A stretch of DNA of 64,000 nt from IMG/VR virus record IMGVR_UViG_3300023184_000025, positions 248,001 through 312,000 of that record; one strand, given 5' to 3'. Position 1 is the first letter of the stretch; every line of letters starts with the position of its first letter. The notes beneath the pieces were generated by a model, which had not been told where the DNA came from, did no database searches, and was given only the letters and a program-made list of their open reading frames with translations. This document shows positions 1-10,497 of this stretch, piece by piece. A program made the translations under genes and the position numbers.

Positions 1-1
1 A

Positions 2-559
2 AACACTGATGGTCGAGATGAGAGTCTTGTTGAGTTTTGCTTTGAACCCAATTATTTTGCCATGTACGATTGTTACAGTACCACCTATCCAAACGGAACG
101 TCGTTTCAGGCCTGGCGAGCAGGATTTAGAGAAGGCGTCAAGATGTGCCTGGACAAAGGTCATAAACCATCAGTGGCTGAATTTAGAGATCGTGTACATA
201 AACGTAATTTTGATCATCTTACAATTTGGCATAATGTAGGAACCGATGCTGAAAACGGCGCCTGGGCCATTGCTGGCAGTAGAATGGGTACTTACATGAC
301 TATGCTAACTGATTGGGATTATCGGCTAGTTCAAAATTTTGATGCGTTAGCAACCTTGTGGGATACTGTTAAAGACCACACTCCGGAAATTGTGTTTGAT
401 AGAATTGCCAACGAATTAAATCAACAATTAGATTTACCTGTTATTGTTTTGGGTCGAGAAGAAAGTGAATTTTTTAAACATCATTACCTAAGCAATTGGC
501 ACAATCGCGGCGTTATGGTACGAGAAATTGATGTTATTCGAAGTCAAGAAGGCTGGTAA
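2..559 (+). CDS. C-terminal part of a phage glycosyltransferase-like protein (5' truncated by window edge); paralog of 19799-21430 C-terminus
   Basis: Frame is open from base 2; FQAWRAGFREGVKM resembles YQTWRTAFREVSKL in 19799-21430. Confidence 0.55.
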   Translation, partial: NTDGRDESLVEFCFEPNYFAMYDCYSTTYPNGTSFQAWRAGFREGVKMCLDKGHKPSVAEFRDRVHKRNFDHLTIWHNVGTDAENGAWAIAGSRMGTYMTMLTDWDYRLVQNFDALATLWDTVKDHTPEIVFDRIANELNQQLDLPVIVLGREESEFFKHHYLSNWHNRGVMVREIDVIRSQEGW

Positions 560-1244
560 TAGCGTTGGCCAGGTCTTGATGTGCTTGCGGCCCGTAGTGA
601 AAGTTATCTCTTGCTTTATCTGATTGAGTTAATGGCGGGATTACATTATCTCCTAATACATCGTAGTCAACTGCCTGGTCATGCCAATTTGGGATGAAGC
701 TATGTACTAATTTGATATTTTTAGCTAACAAACATATTTTTTTAAAATTTGTAAACCAATTACTAAAGTTTTCTTCTGAAGAATAAAATGGCTCGCACTC
801 TGTCCGTTCGTCATCAAACCAGGCAGATTCAGGTCGCTCTCTGCGATGACTAAATGTATAATGTACAATTATAGCACTAGGGTGAAACAATGTTAGTAAC
901 TGTTGAAGTTTTCTTGCAATCCAGTCATTACTTGCTCCGTTTAAGCTAAAATTTAAAACTTGATGTGATAGATGTTGCTCAATGAGATCAGCATACCGTT
1001 TGTTATTATTAACACCTAGTCCTAGAGTAAAACTATCACCTAGTACCAGTATTGCATTAGGATTAAAGGTTGAAACATTGTGTGTTCTAAATCCTATTTC
1101 GTTAAATTGATAAGTTACAGATGGATGTTGCTTGAATACTTGACGATTTGGGCAATGTTCTAAACTGTCTAATCCTAGCTCTGTAGCATGCATGCCAGTA
1201 TAAAAAGGAATATTGATATATTGTTTGACAAGATCTGCATACAT
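534..1244 (-). CDS. SGNH/GDSL-like hydrolase/acyltransferase
   Basis: YQFNEIGFR, LGDSFT, GASN and C-terminal ARDNFH motifs; likely start MYADL at 1244. Confidence 0.65.
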   Translation of the reverse strand: MYADLVKQYINIPFYTGMHATELGLDSLEHCPNRQVFKQHPSVTYQFNEIGFRTHNVSTFNPNAILVLGDSFTLGLGVNNNKRYADLIEQHLSHQVLNFSLNGASNDWIARKLQQLLTLFHPSAIIVHYTFSHRRERPESAWFDDERTECEPFYSSEENFSNWFTNFKKICLLAKNIKLVHSFIPNWHDQAVDYDVLGDNVIPPLTQSDKARDNFHYGPQAHQDLANAITSLLDFE

Positions 1245-1258
1245 AAATATTTTTCTCA

Positions 1259-2350
1259 ATGAACGTTCTAATACTTACCCCCGATCGAGTAGGCTCTACT
1301 TTATTACAAAGATTGATAACAATCTACGCTAATGTCAATGAAAATTATGAGCCATTGACTATTAATTTACATGAGTTAACTAATGGCTTAGTGAGATACG
1401 ACCATGAAACATTTAATAGAAAAGTACTGGGCAAAAAAGCTGATGGTTGGGGATACCATCAAACTCTGCAGACTATTTCAGGATTAATTGACAATTGCGG
1501 CCATGATGTAGTAAGCCGTTTAGCTCACTATCATTTAAAAAATCGTAAAGATAACACAAGTGATCAATTGGCATTTTACAAATATCTCAATGAAAATTTT
1601 TATATTATTGCGGCCCGTCGAGAAAATTTATTTGAGCATGCAATGAGCTGGTGCATTGCGGTTGAGTCTAAAAAATTAAATGTATACTCGTTTGATGAAA
1701 AGTTTAAGACCTACAATGATATATTAAAAAATCCAGTTACCGTACAGGCTGAAATGATCAAGAAGTACCTAACACAGTACAGAGAATACATGGACTGGGT
1801 AGACAACCATTTTCAAGTCAACAGTTATTTTGAGTACGAACGTAATTTACCCAATATTGAAGAGTACATATTTAATTTAAGAGTTTTTCAAAAATATACA
1901 AAACCTCTTACCTGGGCCGACCGTTGGGACATATCCTGGAAGGATTGGAATCAAATGCATTACCTGTTAAGCTTAGTGCCGTTTGATCATAAATTTTCTC
2001 CTGACGAAACAAAATTTATGTCTGACAATATTGACTTATACACTCGGTGTAGGATAGACATACAAGACCTACAAGACCTAGGAGTGCTTGTGTCGGGAGT
2101 ACCTATCAAATTGCACACATTGCATCAGAAAACACAGTTAATTGCCAATGCTCCTGAATGTTTATTACACTATAATAATTGGGCACAACAAACCGCTGTG
2201 CCATATGCATTACCTTATACACCTGAACACATGACTCAAGTTGCAAAATTAGAACATGGTTTTTGGACTCAAGACAGTGGTAATCAACTGTCATACAACG
2301 ATATTAGTCACCAAAAATTACTTAACAGTGATCTAAAAGGATTTGAATGA
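1259..2350 (+). CDS. Sulfotransferase-like P-loop protein
   Basis: N-terminal TPDRVGSTLL, LHE, RRENLFEHAMSW resemble PAPS-binding motifs. Confidence 0.5.
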   Translation: MNVLILTPDRVGSTLLQRLITIYANVNENYEPLTINLHELTNGLVRYDHETFNRKVLGKKADGWGYHQTLQTISGLIDNCGHDVVSRLAHYHLKNRKDNTSDQLAFYKYLNENFYIIAARRENLFEHAMSWCIAVESKKLNVYSFDEKFKTYNDILKNPVTVQAEMIKKYLTQYREYMDWVDNHFQVNSYFEYERNLPNIEEYIFNLRVFQKYTKPLTWADRWDISWKDWNQMHYLLSLVPFDHKFSPDETKFMSDNIDLYTRCRIDIQDLQDLGVLVSGVPIKLHTLHQKTQLIANAPECLLHYNNWAQQTAVPYALPYTPEHMTQVAKLEHGFWTQDSGNQLSYNDISHQKLLNSDLKGFE

Positions 2351-4296
2351 TTATTGCATTTTATCCTGGAGCAGGCGGCAACAGGTATGCTCTAGCCCTA
2401 CAACAATCAATGGTGTTTGAGTCAAATCAAACGTATGATCATTTACTGAAGTCTCAAGATTTTGTCTATAGGTATTTAGAATCTGATACCATTGGTTTGA
2501 AAGATCAGGAATTAATACTCACACATTGTTTAAATGTTCCATTATTAAAATTGCATTTTCCTAATCAGACTGACATAGTAGTGATCATATCGGATCTTGA
2601 ATCTAGTTTAAAACGTGAATTTTATCTCGAAGACCAACACAGAGATAAAGACATGACAGACAAGGTTGAACATGCATTAGCACACATTAGCTTCCATTGT
2701 AGGTACTATAAACAATATCCAGTAAACTTAACCGGCGCTAGTTTAGTAATTGACATCAATAAAGACAACAGTGATTTTACCACAATGATGCGTAACGAAA
2801 TTAACAATATAGTTTGTGAAGAATACAACCAGGCCAGTAAACTTTATAATAAGTTACAACCACAAGATAGAGCAGACTTACCCGGGGATAAGATTGTTGA
2901 CGGTTTTAAATCTAAGTTTCTTGACGATGCTGAAAAAATGAGATTAGAACTAGATAAGTTTAGTCCTAGTTTGTGCTTGGCCAAATGGAAACAGGTTAGC
3001 CTGCACTTAGCAACAGGAATGAATAACAGTTGTTATCACCCGCCCTTGCATAAAATACCCATAGAAGAAATTGGACGTAATCCCGGAGCATTACACAATA
3101 CTCCATACAAGAAAGAACAACGTAAAATGATGCTCAACGGCGAGAGGCCCGCCGAATGTAGTTATTGTTGGACCATGGAAGATCTGGGCAAACTCAGTGA
3201 TAGACACTATCGCAGTGGGGAACCATGGGCCGCGATGGATTTTGGAAAAATTGTAAGTTCGGAGTGGAATGATGATTTTGTACCTAGTTATGTTGAAGTT
3301 AATTTTAATCATGCTTGTAATCTATCTTGTAGCTATTGCAGTCCACAATTTAGTAGTACTTGGCAGGCTGAAGTGGAACGCTCAGGTGGCTATCCTACTA
3401 CTACTATCCATAACGATCCTAGTTACTTCACTGGCAATAATCGACCTATACCCGCTAGTCATGAAAATCCTTATGTAGATGCTTTTTGGAAATGGTGGCC
3501 TACACTTTATCCGCAATTAAAACATTTCCGAATGACCGGTGGCGAGCCTTTGATGGATAAAAATACCTACAAGGTATTTGATTATGTATTAGCACTACCT
3601 AACCCTGAGTTGCACCTAAATGTAACCAGCAATTTCAGCGTAGAGCCGCAGTTATGGAACAAGTATTTTGATTATGTTAAAAAATTGTGCGACACTAACA
3701 TTGAACATTTTATGCAGTATGTTAGTTTAGATTCGGGTGTTTCTGAACATGCCGAATACATTCGCCATGGATTAAATTTTCATAGATTAAAAAGTAGAGT
3801 TAATCATTTCTTACACGATATTCCTAGCCGTAACAGTCTTACATTTATTATCACAATGAATAACCTCAGTGTGTTAGGACTAAAAAAACAACTTGAGTGG
3901 ATATTAGAACTACGAAAACAACATAGCAAGACATATCAACGTGTATGGTTTGACACACCATTACTCAGGCAGCCCACGTGGCAGAGCCTACAAATAATGC
4001 CTCCAGCGTATGCAGGCATACTTGAACGTACTGCTGACTGGATGGAACTTAATTTAGAAAACCCTAACGACCCATTTCACGGATTTAAAGACTACGAAGT
4101 ACAACGCCTTCGAAGAGACATTGCCTGGATGAAAGATGGACAGAAGTTGCAACAAGATTATGTTAATAAAAATCGTGCTGATTTCTATAGATTTTTTAAC
4201 GAACACGACGCTCGACGAGGAACAGATTTCTTAAAGACATTTCCAGAAATGTCAGATTGGTGGAAAGAATGCGAGTACCATGCTAGACAAACGTAA
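2347..4296 (+). CDS. Radical SAM enzyme (N-terminal Twitch/SPASM-like Cys cluster) fused to an extra N-terminal ~190-aa domain
   Basis: CNLSCSYC, TGGEP; upstream CLAKW..SCYH..CSYC; N-terminus IAFYPGAGGN. Confidence 0.85.
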   Translation: MIIAFYPGAGGNRYALALQQSMVFESNQTYDHLLKSQDFVYRYLESDTIGLKDQELILTHCLNVPLLKLHFPNQTDIVVIISDLESSLKREFYLEDQHRDKDMTDKVEHALAHISFHCRYYKQYPVNLTGASLVIDINKDNSDFTTMMRNEINNIVCEEYNQASKLYNKLQPQDRADLPGDKIVDGFKSKFLDDAEKMRLELDKFSPSLCLAKWKQVSLHLATGMNNSCYHPPLHKIPIEEIGRNPGALHNTPYKKEQRKMMLNGERPAECSYCWTMEDLGKLSDRHYRSGEPWAAMDFGKIVSSEWNDDFVPSYVEVNFNHACNLSCSYCSPQFSSTWQAEVERSGGYPTTTIHNDPSYFTGNNRPIPASHENPYVDAFWKWWPTLYPQLKHFRMTGGEPLMDKNTYKVFDYVLALPNPELHLNVTSNFSVEPQLWNKYFDYVKKLCDTNIEHFMQYVSLDSGVSEHAEYIRHGLNFHRLKSRVNHFLHDIPSRNSLTFIITMNNLSVLGLKKQLEWILELRKQHSKTYQRVWFDTPLLRQPTWQSLQIMPPAYAGILERTADWMELNLENPNDPFHGFKDYEVQRLRRDIAWMKDGQKLQQDYVNKNRADFYRFFNEHDARRGTDFLKTFPEMSDWWKECEYHARQT

Positions 4297-5422
4297 ACTT
4301 ATTCTAGATACATTTTGCGAAGTCTACGATCAACTACTACCCTGGGAAGATGAGTCTTTTTATGATTTTAGTAATCACACTATTGTTCCGGGTGCAATTT
4401 ATATTATAGGTCGAACACAATTTAATTTGAATAAAGAGAGAATTCGTGAGTTAGTTGAATCTGACACTATACGTGTTGTATTAAGCAATCCAGCTGAAGG
4501 CAGCGAAACGTTAAAAGCACATTGTGAGAGTGTGCATAACATTGCCGATCTTGTTGTGCAAGGGCGTATTTTATTAATTGGTGGTGGAGACATGGAGCCA
4601 GACTGGCCGTGTTTAGTCTATGATAGTTTCTTGCCCAAGATACATGACTATAAACAAAACCTAATAGAGATTAATCGGTCAGAGGCCTTGTACTCCGCGC
4701 CCAACAAGCCTTTTAAATTTTTGTTTTTAAATGGCCGCTTGAGAGGGCATAGAAAATTCCTAATAGAAAAACTTGATTTAATGGGACTGTTAGATCAAAG
4801 TCTGTGGACTAGTCTAGAATCTAGGCAAAGTATGTACTCAAATCTATGTGTGCCATTTAATGGACAGGATCTGATGTTTACTTTGAGAGAACCACACCTG
4901 TTGCCACCTAAATACGAAGTTGATCGTTATTGCAACAACATTGATCTAGTGCCCAAATTAGGCTTTATTAAACACAAGTTGTTTGATCAAGAATGGGGAG
5001 AAATCTATCTCAAAGCAGAACCCTATATTGATACGTATTTTAGTCTAGTTTCTGAAACAGTCTGTGATTATCCGTATAGTTTTAGAACTGAAAAAATTTG
5101 GAAACCTGTGGCCATTGGGCACCCGTGGATAGCGGCAGCCAATCGAGGATACTATCGAGACATGCGCAATCTGGGATTTCAAACATTTTCACATGTGATT
5201 GATGAAAGTTTTGATGAAATTGATAATACACAGGATAGACTCACACGTATTACACAAATAGTTGAAGATTTGTGTAAACAAGATCTTGATGAATTCCTTA
5301 AATCGTGTTATAATGTATGTAAATACAATCAACAACATCTGCTTGAAATGCGCCAAACTGTGCGTAAAGAATTTCCTAGACGATTCCTGCAATTTATTAA
5401 ACAAAGTCACTTTGATGAATGA
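4280..5422 (+). CDS. Glycosyltransferase-like protein (GT-B/GT10-like C-terminus)
   Basis: SLVSET..FRTEKIWKPVAIGHPW..GFQTF..DESFD; paralog family in window. Confidence 0.55.
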   Translation: MLDKRKLILDTFCEVYDQLLPWEDESFYDFSNHTIVPGAIYIIGRTQFNLNKERIRELVESDTIRVVLSNPAEGSETLKAHCESVHNIADLVVQGRILLIGGGDMEPDWPCLVYDSFLPKIHDYKQNLIEINRSEALYSAPNKPFKFLFLNGRLRGHRKFLIEKLDLMGLLDQSLWTSLESRQSMYSNLCVPFNGQDLMFTLREPHLLPPKYEVDRYCNNIDLVPKLGFIKHKLFDQEWGEIYLKAEPYIDTYFSLVSETVCDYPYSFRTEKIWKPVAIGHPWIAAANRGYYRDMRNLGFQTFSHVIDESFDEIDNTQDRLTRITQIVEDLCKQDLDEFLKSCYNVCKYNQQHLLEMRQTVRKEFPRRFLQFIKQSHFDE

Positions 5423-6758
5423 TTTAGAATTCCGCCAACAAATATTAGATACCAAAAGTTCTAGCTTCTGTGCGGCCAAATGGTACAATGCTACTATATG
5501 GCTAGGATCAGGCCAAACGACTAGCTGTCATCATCCGCCGGCACACGCTATTGATGTAGATGATATTAAACGCAACCCATCAGCGTTACATAACACACAG
5601 AGAAAAAAAGCCGATAGAGAAATGATGCAGAAAGGTGAGCGTCCTAGCGGTTGTGAATACTGCTGGAAAATTGAAGACATGGGCCGTGATGCTATTTCGG
5701 ACCGTGTGTACAAATCTCGAATATATCCTATAGAGGCATTACATGAAGCTTTCAATACCCCTGTCCATGAAGACGTTAATCTCAAAACTCTCGAAATTGC
5801 ATTCGATCGCACTTGCCAATTTGCTTGTAGTTATTGTAACCCTGCTTTCAGTAGCACATGGGTTAATGACATCAAAAAGCACGGCGCCTATACCGGCCTG
5901 GTGTCTGATGGGCGCAACCACTTTACTCATACTCACGATAGTTCTCAACTATACACGTTTAATCAAGCCAATCCTTACGTGGATGCGTTCTTTAAATGGT
6001 GGGAAACAGACCTACACCAAACACTACAAGAACTAAGAATCACTGGTGGCGAACCGTTGATGTCGGGTTATACTTGGAAATTGATTGAATGGTTCAAAAC
6101 AAACCAAGGTAAATCAACAACCAAGTTAGCTATCAACAGCAATCTGGGATTTGAACCTAACAAGCTTCAAGAGTTTATTGATGCTATACACACACTTCCG
6201 CATGTGGATCTATACACCAGCATGGAAGCAGTAGACACACAGGCCGAATATATTCGTGACGGACTTGACTATCAGCAATGGATCAACAATGTGCAATTGT
6301 TACTGGAGTCTGACTCCGTAAAGGCTGTGCATGTGATGTGTACCATTAACGCATTGTGCCTGGATAGTTTGCCTCGCTTGTTGTATCAATTGTTAGAATT
6401 CAAACAGATGTACGGCAGAGAGCGTGTGAATTTTACCTTGAATATACTGCGCTTCCCCAGCTTTCAATCACCATTGGTGCTGCCAGACCACCTACGTGCC
6501 CAGTGCAAGAACCAACTGATTGATTTCTTTGCACGTAATATCAACAACCCATATCTTCAAGAGCACGAAATCAATCATATACAACGATTGATTGACTATT
6601 TAGATATAGTTAAAACGCCGCACTCGGACACATTTGAAATGCCGGTGTTGCACAATGATTTCAAACAATTCTATTCGCAGTACGATGTTCGTAGATCGAA
6701 AGACTTTGTCAACACATTCCCCAATTTTAAAGAATGGTATGACTCAATACAAGTATAA
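5415..6758 (+). CDS. Radical SAM enzyme with N-terminal auxiliary Cys cluster
   Basis: CQFACSYC, TGGEP; CAAKW..SCHH..CEYC; start MNDLEF at 5415. Confidence 0.85.
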   Translation: MNDLEFRQQILDTKSSSFCAAKWYNATIWLGSGQTTSCHHPPAHAIDVDDIKRNPSALHNTQRKKADREMMQKGERPSGCEYCWKIEDMGRDAISDRVYKSRIYPIEALHEAFNTPVHEDVNLKTLEIAFDRTCQFACSYCNPAFSSTWVNDIKKHGAYTGLVSDGRNHFTHTHDSSQLYTFNQANPYVDAFFKWWETDLHQTLQELRITGGEPLMSGYTWKLIEWFKTNQGKSTTKLAINSNLGFEPNKLQEFIDAIHTLPHVDLYTSMEAVDTQAEYIRDGLDYQQWINNVQLLLESDSVKAVHVMCTINALCLDSLPRLLYQLLEFKQMYGRERVNFTLNILRFPSFQSPLVLPDHLRAQCKNQLIDFFARNINNPYLQEHEINHIQRLIDYLDIVKTPHSDTFEMPVLHNDFKQFYSQYDVRRSKDFVNTFPNFKEWYDSIQV

Positions 6759-8004
6759 CAGTACAGACCTAGTGCGTCCTACAGAACTCACCGAGCGTGA
6801 GCGTTTTCTATTAGAAGATTCTAAAACGTTCTGCATCTATCCCTGGATACATTTACACGCTTATCCCACCGGAGAAGCATATCCTTGCTGTCATGCTGAA
6901 ATGAAGCCCGGTGTTGTGGGTAATTGTCGCACAAACACACTAGAAGAAATATGGCGCGACAAACCCATGCAGAAACTACGTGCAGACATGTTGAGCGAAA
7001 CTCCACACGCCGCCTGCACACGCTGTTATGAACAAGAAGAGTCTGGATTCTTTAGTGGCCGCAAAAGCGCCAACAAGCATCACGGACATCAGATAAAGAA
7101 ACTGGAAGAAAATCCCTTTGAAATGACTTACTGGGACATTCGCTTTAGCAATTTGTGCAACTTAAAGTGCAGATCATGTGGACACATCTTTAGTTCACAG
7201 TGGTATCAAGACCAGGCCAAACTGGCCGGCGGTGATTGGAAAGATCGTAATACAGTACTAAACTATGCTGGCCGCACAGAAACAGACATGTGGACACAAT
7301 TAGAGCCTCATTTAGATTATGTAGAACAAATCTATTTTGCTGGTGGCGAGCCACTACTAATGGAAGAACACTACCGAATTCTAGATGAACTAGTGCGTCG
7401 CGGCCGCTTTGATGTACGTTTAATCTACAACACAAATTTTACACACACCGACCTTAAAGGTAATAGTGTATTTGAATACTGGAAACAATTTAATTCGGTG
7501 GCAGTTGGCGCAAGTCTAGATGCAATGGGACCACGTGCGGAGTACATACGCAAAGGCACTGATTGGGCAGTGGTAGAACAAAATCGCAGAGACATGATTG
7601 AGATCTGTCCAGGTGTAGATTTTTATATCAGTCCCACATTGAGTATTATGAATGCCATGCATTTAACACAATTCCATCGTGCATGGGTACAACAAGGCCT
7701 ACTAAAACCACAGGATCTTAATGTAAACATTTTACAAGATCCTGTGCATTATAGGATTGATATTGCCCCTGTTGAATACAAAGAGCGACTCACAGCACAG
7801 TATTATGATCATATCGAGTGGCTGACACAAGTAGGTGATCCGTTGGGTCGTGCCACACAAGGTTTTGAAAGTGCAATCACCTTTATGAATGCCATAGATA
7901 ACACACAGTTAATAGATCAATTTTGGCGTAAGACGCATGATTTGGACGGTATTAGAAACGAAAACATCTTGGATATCATCCCGGAACTAACAGCATTAAA
8001 ATGA
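6739..8004 (+). CDS. Radical SAM/SPASM(Twitch) enzyme
   Basis: CIYPW..PCC..CTRC then CNLKCRSC, AGGEP; start MTQYK at 6739. Confidence 0.88.
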   Translation: MTQYKYNSTDLVRPTELTERERFLLEDSKTFCIYPWIHLHAYPTGEAYPCCHAEMKPGVVGNCRTNTLEEIWRDKPMQKLRADMLSETPHAACTRCYEQEESGFFSGRKSANKHHGHQIKKLEENPFEMTYWDIRFSNLCNLKCRSCGHIFSSQWYQDQAKLAGGDWKDRNTVLNYAGRTETDMWTQLEPHLDYVEQIYFAGGEPLLMEEHYRILDELVRRGRFDVRLIYNTNFTHTDLKGNSVFEYWKQFNSVAVGASLDAMGPRAEYIRKGTDWAVVEQNRRDMIEICPGVDFYISPTLSIMNAMHLTQFHRAWVQQGLLKPQDLNVNILQDPVHYRIDIAPVEYKERLTAQYYDHIEWLTQVGDPLGRATQGFESAITFMNAIDNTQLIDQFWRKTHDLDGIRNENILDIIPELTALK

Positions 8005-9206
8005 ATTTACCACAGGATAAATTTTGTGTACTGCCTTGGATCAGCTTAGAAGCTAGTCCCATTGGTACTGTACGCCCTTGCTGTCTTGCTGAAGATGAGA
8101 TAGTTGATAATGCTGGTAATAAATTTGAATTAACCAAAGCTGACTTCGTTGAGATAAGAAATTCAGATTACATGAAAAATCTTAGACAGCAATTCCTAAC
8201 AGGACAAAAACCCGATACCTGTAAGAAGTGTTGGAATGAAGAAGATTCAGGTAGAACAAGTAAACGAATGCACACTATTGATCGATTAAAACATATTGTT
8301 GGCAATCAGTCCTGGAGCGAAGATGAAAAACCAATGATGTTCTTGGATTTAAAACTAGGAAATATCTGTAATCTTAAATGCCGTATATGTGGTTCGTGGT
8401 CATCAAGTTCGTATGCAACAGAAGAAATGATGGCTGTACCACACCAAGATCGTAAAAAAACATTTGCCTATCAGATGCTACGTGCTGGTAGTTGGCCAAG
8501 AGAAAATAAACAATTTTGGCAACAAATTGATCAATGCCTATCTGACATACACTATATAGAATTCACCGGTGGCGAACCTTTTATGATCAGCGAACATTTT
8601 GATATGTTACAAGGAATTGTAGACAGAGGAATTGCTGGACAAGTAGAGATACATTACAATACAAACGGAACCATAGTTCCTGAACGTGCGCCTGACATTT
8701 GGCGACACTTTAAAACAGTTGAAGTTGCATTTAGCATAGATGATATAGGACCACGATTTGAATACCAACGAATGAATGCCAACTGGAAAGACGTTAACAA
8801 AAATATTTCAGAATTTAAACGATTACAATCTACAATGCCAAACCTACAGTTACAATGCTGTAGTACTGTTAATGTTTTTAATGTACTATATCTTGAAGAG
8901 TTGGATGCATGGCACAAATTGGCTAATTTTGATTTTGTCTATTGGAATATGTTGCACGAAGCATATTATTTTAGCATAGGATCATTGCCCGAACTATCAA
9001 AACAATCTGTTAAACAAAAATTAGAAAGTACAGCAATCTCTGGCAGTACAAAACAGGAAGTTGAAAAAATTATTCAATTCATGATGCAAGGAACAAGTCT
9101 TGATGGTTCTTTGCTACGTGAAAAAATTAAAGAAATAGATCTACGAAGAAACCAGGATCTAAATCAACATCATTCAGAATTGTCTGACATAATTGACTAT
9201 GAATAA
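8001..9206 (+). CDS. Radical SAM/SPASM(Twitch) enzyme
   Basis: CVLPW..PCC..CKKC, CNLKCRIC, TGGEP. Confidence 0.88.
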   Translation: MNLPQDKFCVLPWISLEASPIGTVRPCCLAEDEIVDNAGNKFELTKADFVEIRNSDYMKNLRQQFLTGQKPDTCKKCWNEEDSGRTSKRMHTIDRLKHIVGNQSWSEDEKPMMFLDLKLGNICNLKCRICGSWSSSSYATEEMMAVPHQDRKKTFAYQMLRAGSWPRENKQFWQQIDQCLSDIHYIEFTGGEPFMISEHFDMLQGIVDRGIAGQVEIHYNTNGTIVPERAPDIWRHFKTVEVAFSIDDIGPRFEYQRMNANWKDVNKNISEFKRLQSTMPNLQLQCCSTVNVFNVLYLEELDAWHKLANFDFVYWNMLHEAYYFSIGSLPELSKQSVKQKLESTAISGSTKQEVEKIIQFMMQGTSLDGSLLREKIKEIDLRRNQDLNQHHSELSDIIDYE

Positions 9207-10497
9207 GCCCGAATCTTTGTGTATGGCACCATGGGTGCATACGTATTTAAGCCCACAAACAGAGCGCAGAATGTGCTGTGCTAGCCGTGAGCCTGCACAA
9301 AATTTTCAACAGTACATTGACACATCAGCAGGCACAGGAAAGTATATTCCACTCACACTAGATCAACACTGGAATAGTGATCATATGAAAAGTGTTAGAC
9401 AACGTATGATGGCAGGAGAAACTTTACAAGAATGTGACGTTTGTAATAGTAAACTGTTAAATACTGATGTCTATAGAACATATTTCTGGCACCTATTCAA
9501 ACATCGTTATGAAGAGGCCATGGAACAAACACAGCCCGACGGATCCACAACCATGAAACCAATAAGTTGGGATTATAGGTTTAGCAATCTTTGCAATTTC
9601 AAATGCCGTATGTGTGGGGATATGTTGTCTAGTAGTTGGGAAAGCGAAGAACGCCAACACAATCTTATTGACTATTCAGATCCACGAAATAACTGGATGA
9701 AGCCAGCAGTAAGAACAGAAATTAGCAAATTCCAAGACACACAGATTGAACAAGAGTTTGCACAGGCAGTTGAAGAACATCGTGTGGAAGAAGTTTATTG
9801 GGTCGGTGGAGAACCGTTGATGTATGAACAACATTGGCGGTATATGAAACGTATTATTGAATTAAATGATGGAGGCAGAGTATATGCTAGATATAACACT
9901 AATCTTAGCCGTGTTGATTATCGTGGCCGTAATCTCTATAGAGATATATTGGACCATATCAGGGACTGGCAGATATGCGCCAGCCTTGACGGAACAGGAC
10001 CCACGGGAGAATACATCCGCACAGGCTTGGAATATTCCACCTTCCTAAAAAACTTTAAACAGGGAGTTGAGATACAAAAACATCGCAGACAAATGCGAAT
10101 TGATTTTACACTCACATTGCCTGGACTATTCGAAGTAGACAATATACAGCAGTTATCAACCGAACTTGGTGTTGATATATTAGCCAAAGTAATTTTTAGT
10201 TTTAGCCCGGATATTATTATGAGTCCATTGGCATTGCCTCGTGAGTTACTAGACAGTACAGTAGATCGTCTAACAACTAACTTACCTCATGGTGCGTTGA
10301 AGGATGTGTTACTACAATTAAAATCACGACCAACTTTTGCAGAACAGTGGCCGGATACCTGGGAAAAAGGTCTTGCAAGAGGAAAGTTCAGAATGTTACA
10401 ATTAGAATCTATTAGAAATGATAAATTTGGGCTAGACCAAATACTACAACAGGACAATGAAATATATGGCTGGTGGAAAAATATTAGAACAGATTAA
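9193..10497 (+). CDS. Radical SAM/SPASM(Twitch) enzyme
   Basis: CMAPW..MCC..CDVC, CNFKCRMC, VGGEP. Confidence 0.88.
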   Translation: MTMNKPESLCMAPWVHTYLSPQTERRMCCASREPAQNFQQYIDTSAGTGKYIPLTLDQHWNSDHMKSVRQRMMAGETLQECDVCNSKLLNTDVYRTYFWHLFKHRYEEAMEQTQPDGSTTMKPISWDYRFSNLCNFKCRMCGDMLSSSWESEERQHNLIDYSDPRNNWMKPAVRTEISKFQDTQIEQEFAQAVEEHRVEEVYWVGGEPLMYEQHWRYMKRIIELNDGGRVYARYNTNLSRVDYRGRNLYRDILDHIRDWQICASLDGTGPTGEYIRTGLEYSTFLKNFKQGVEIQKHRRQMRIDFTLTLPGLFEVDNIQQLSTELGVDILAKVIFSFSPDIIMSPLALPRELLDSTVDRLTTNLPHGALKDVLLQLKSRPTFAEQWPDTWEKGLARGKFRMLQLESIRNDKFGLDQILQQDNEIYGWWKNIRTD

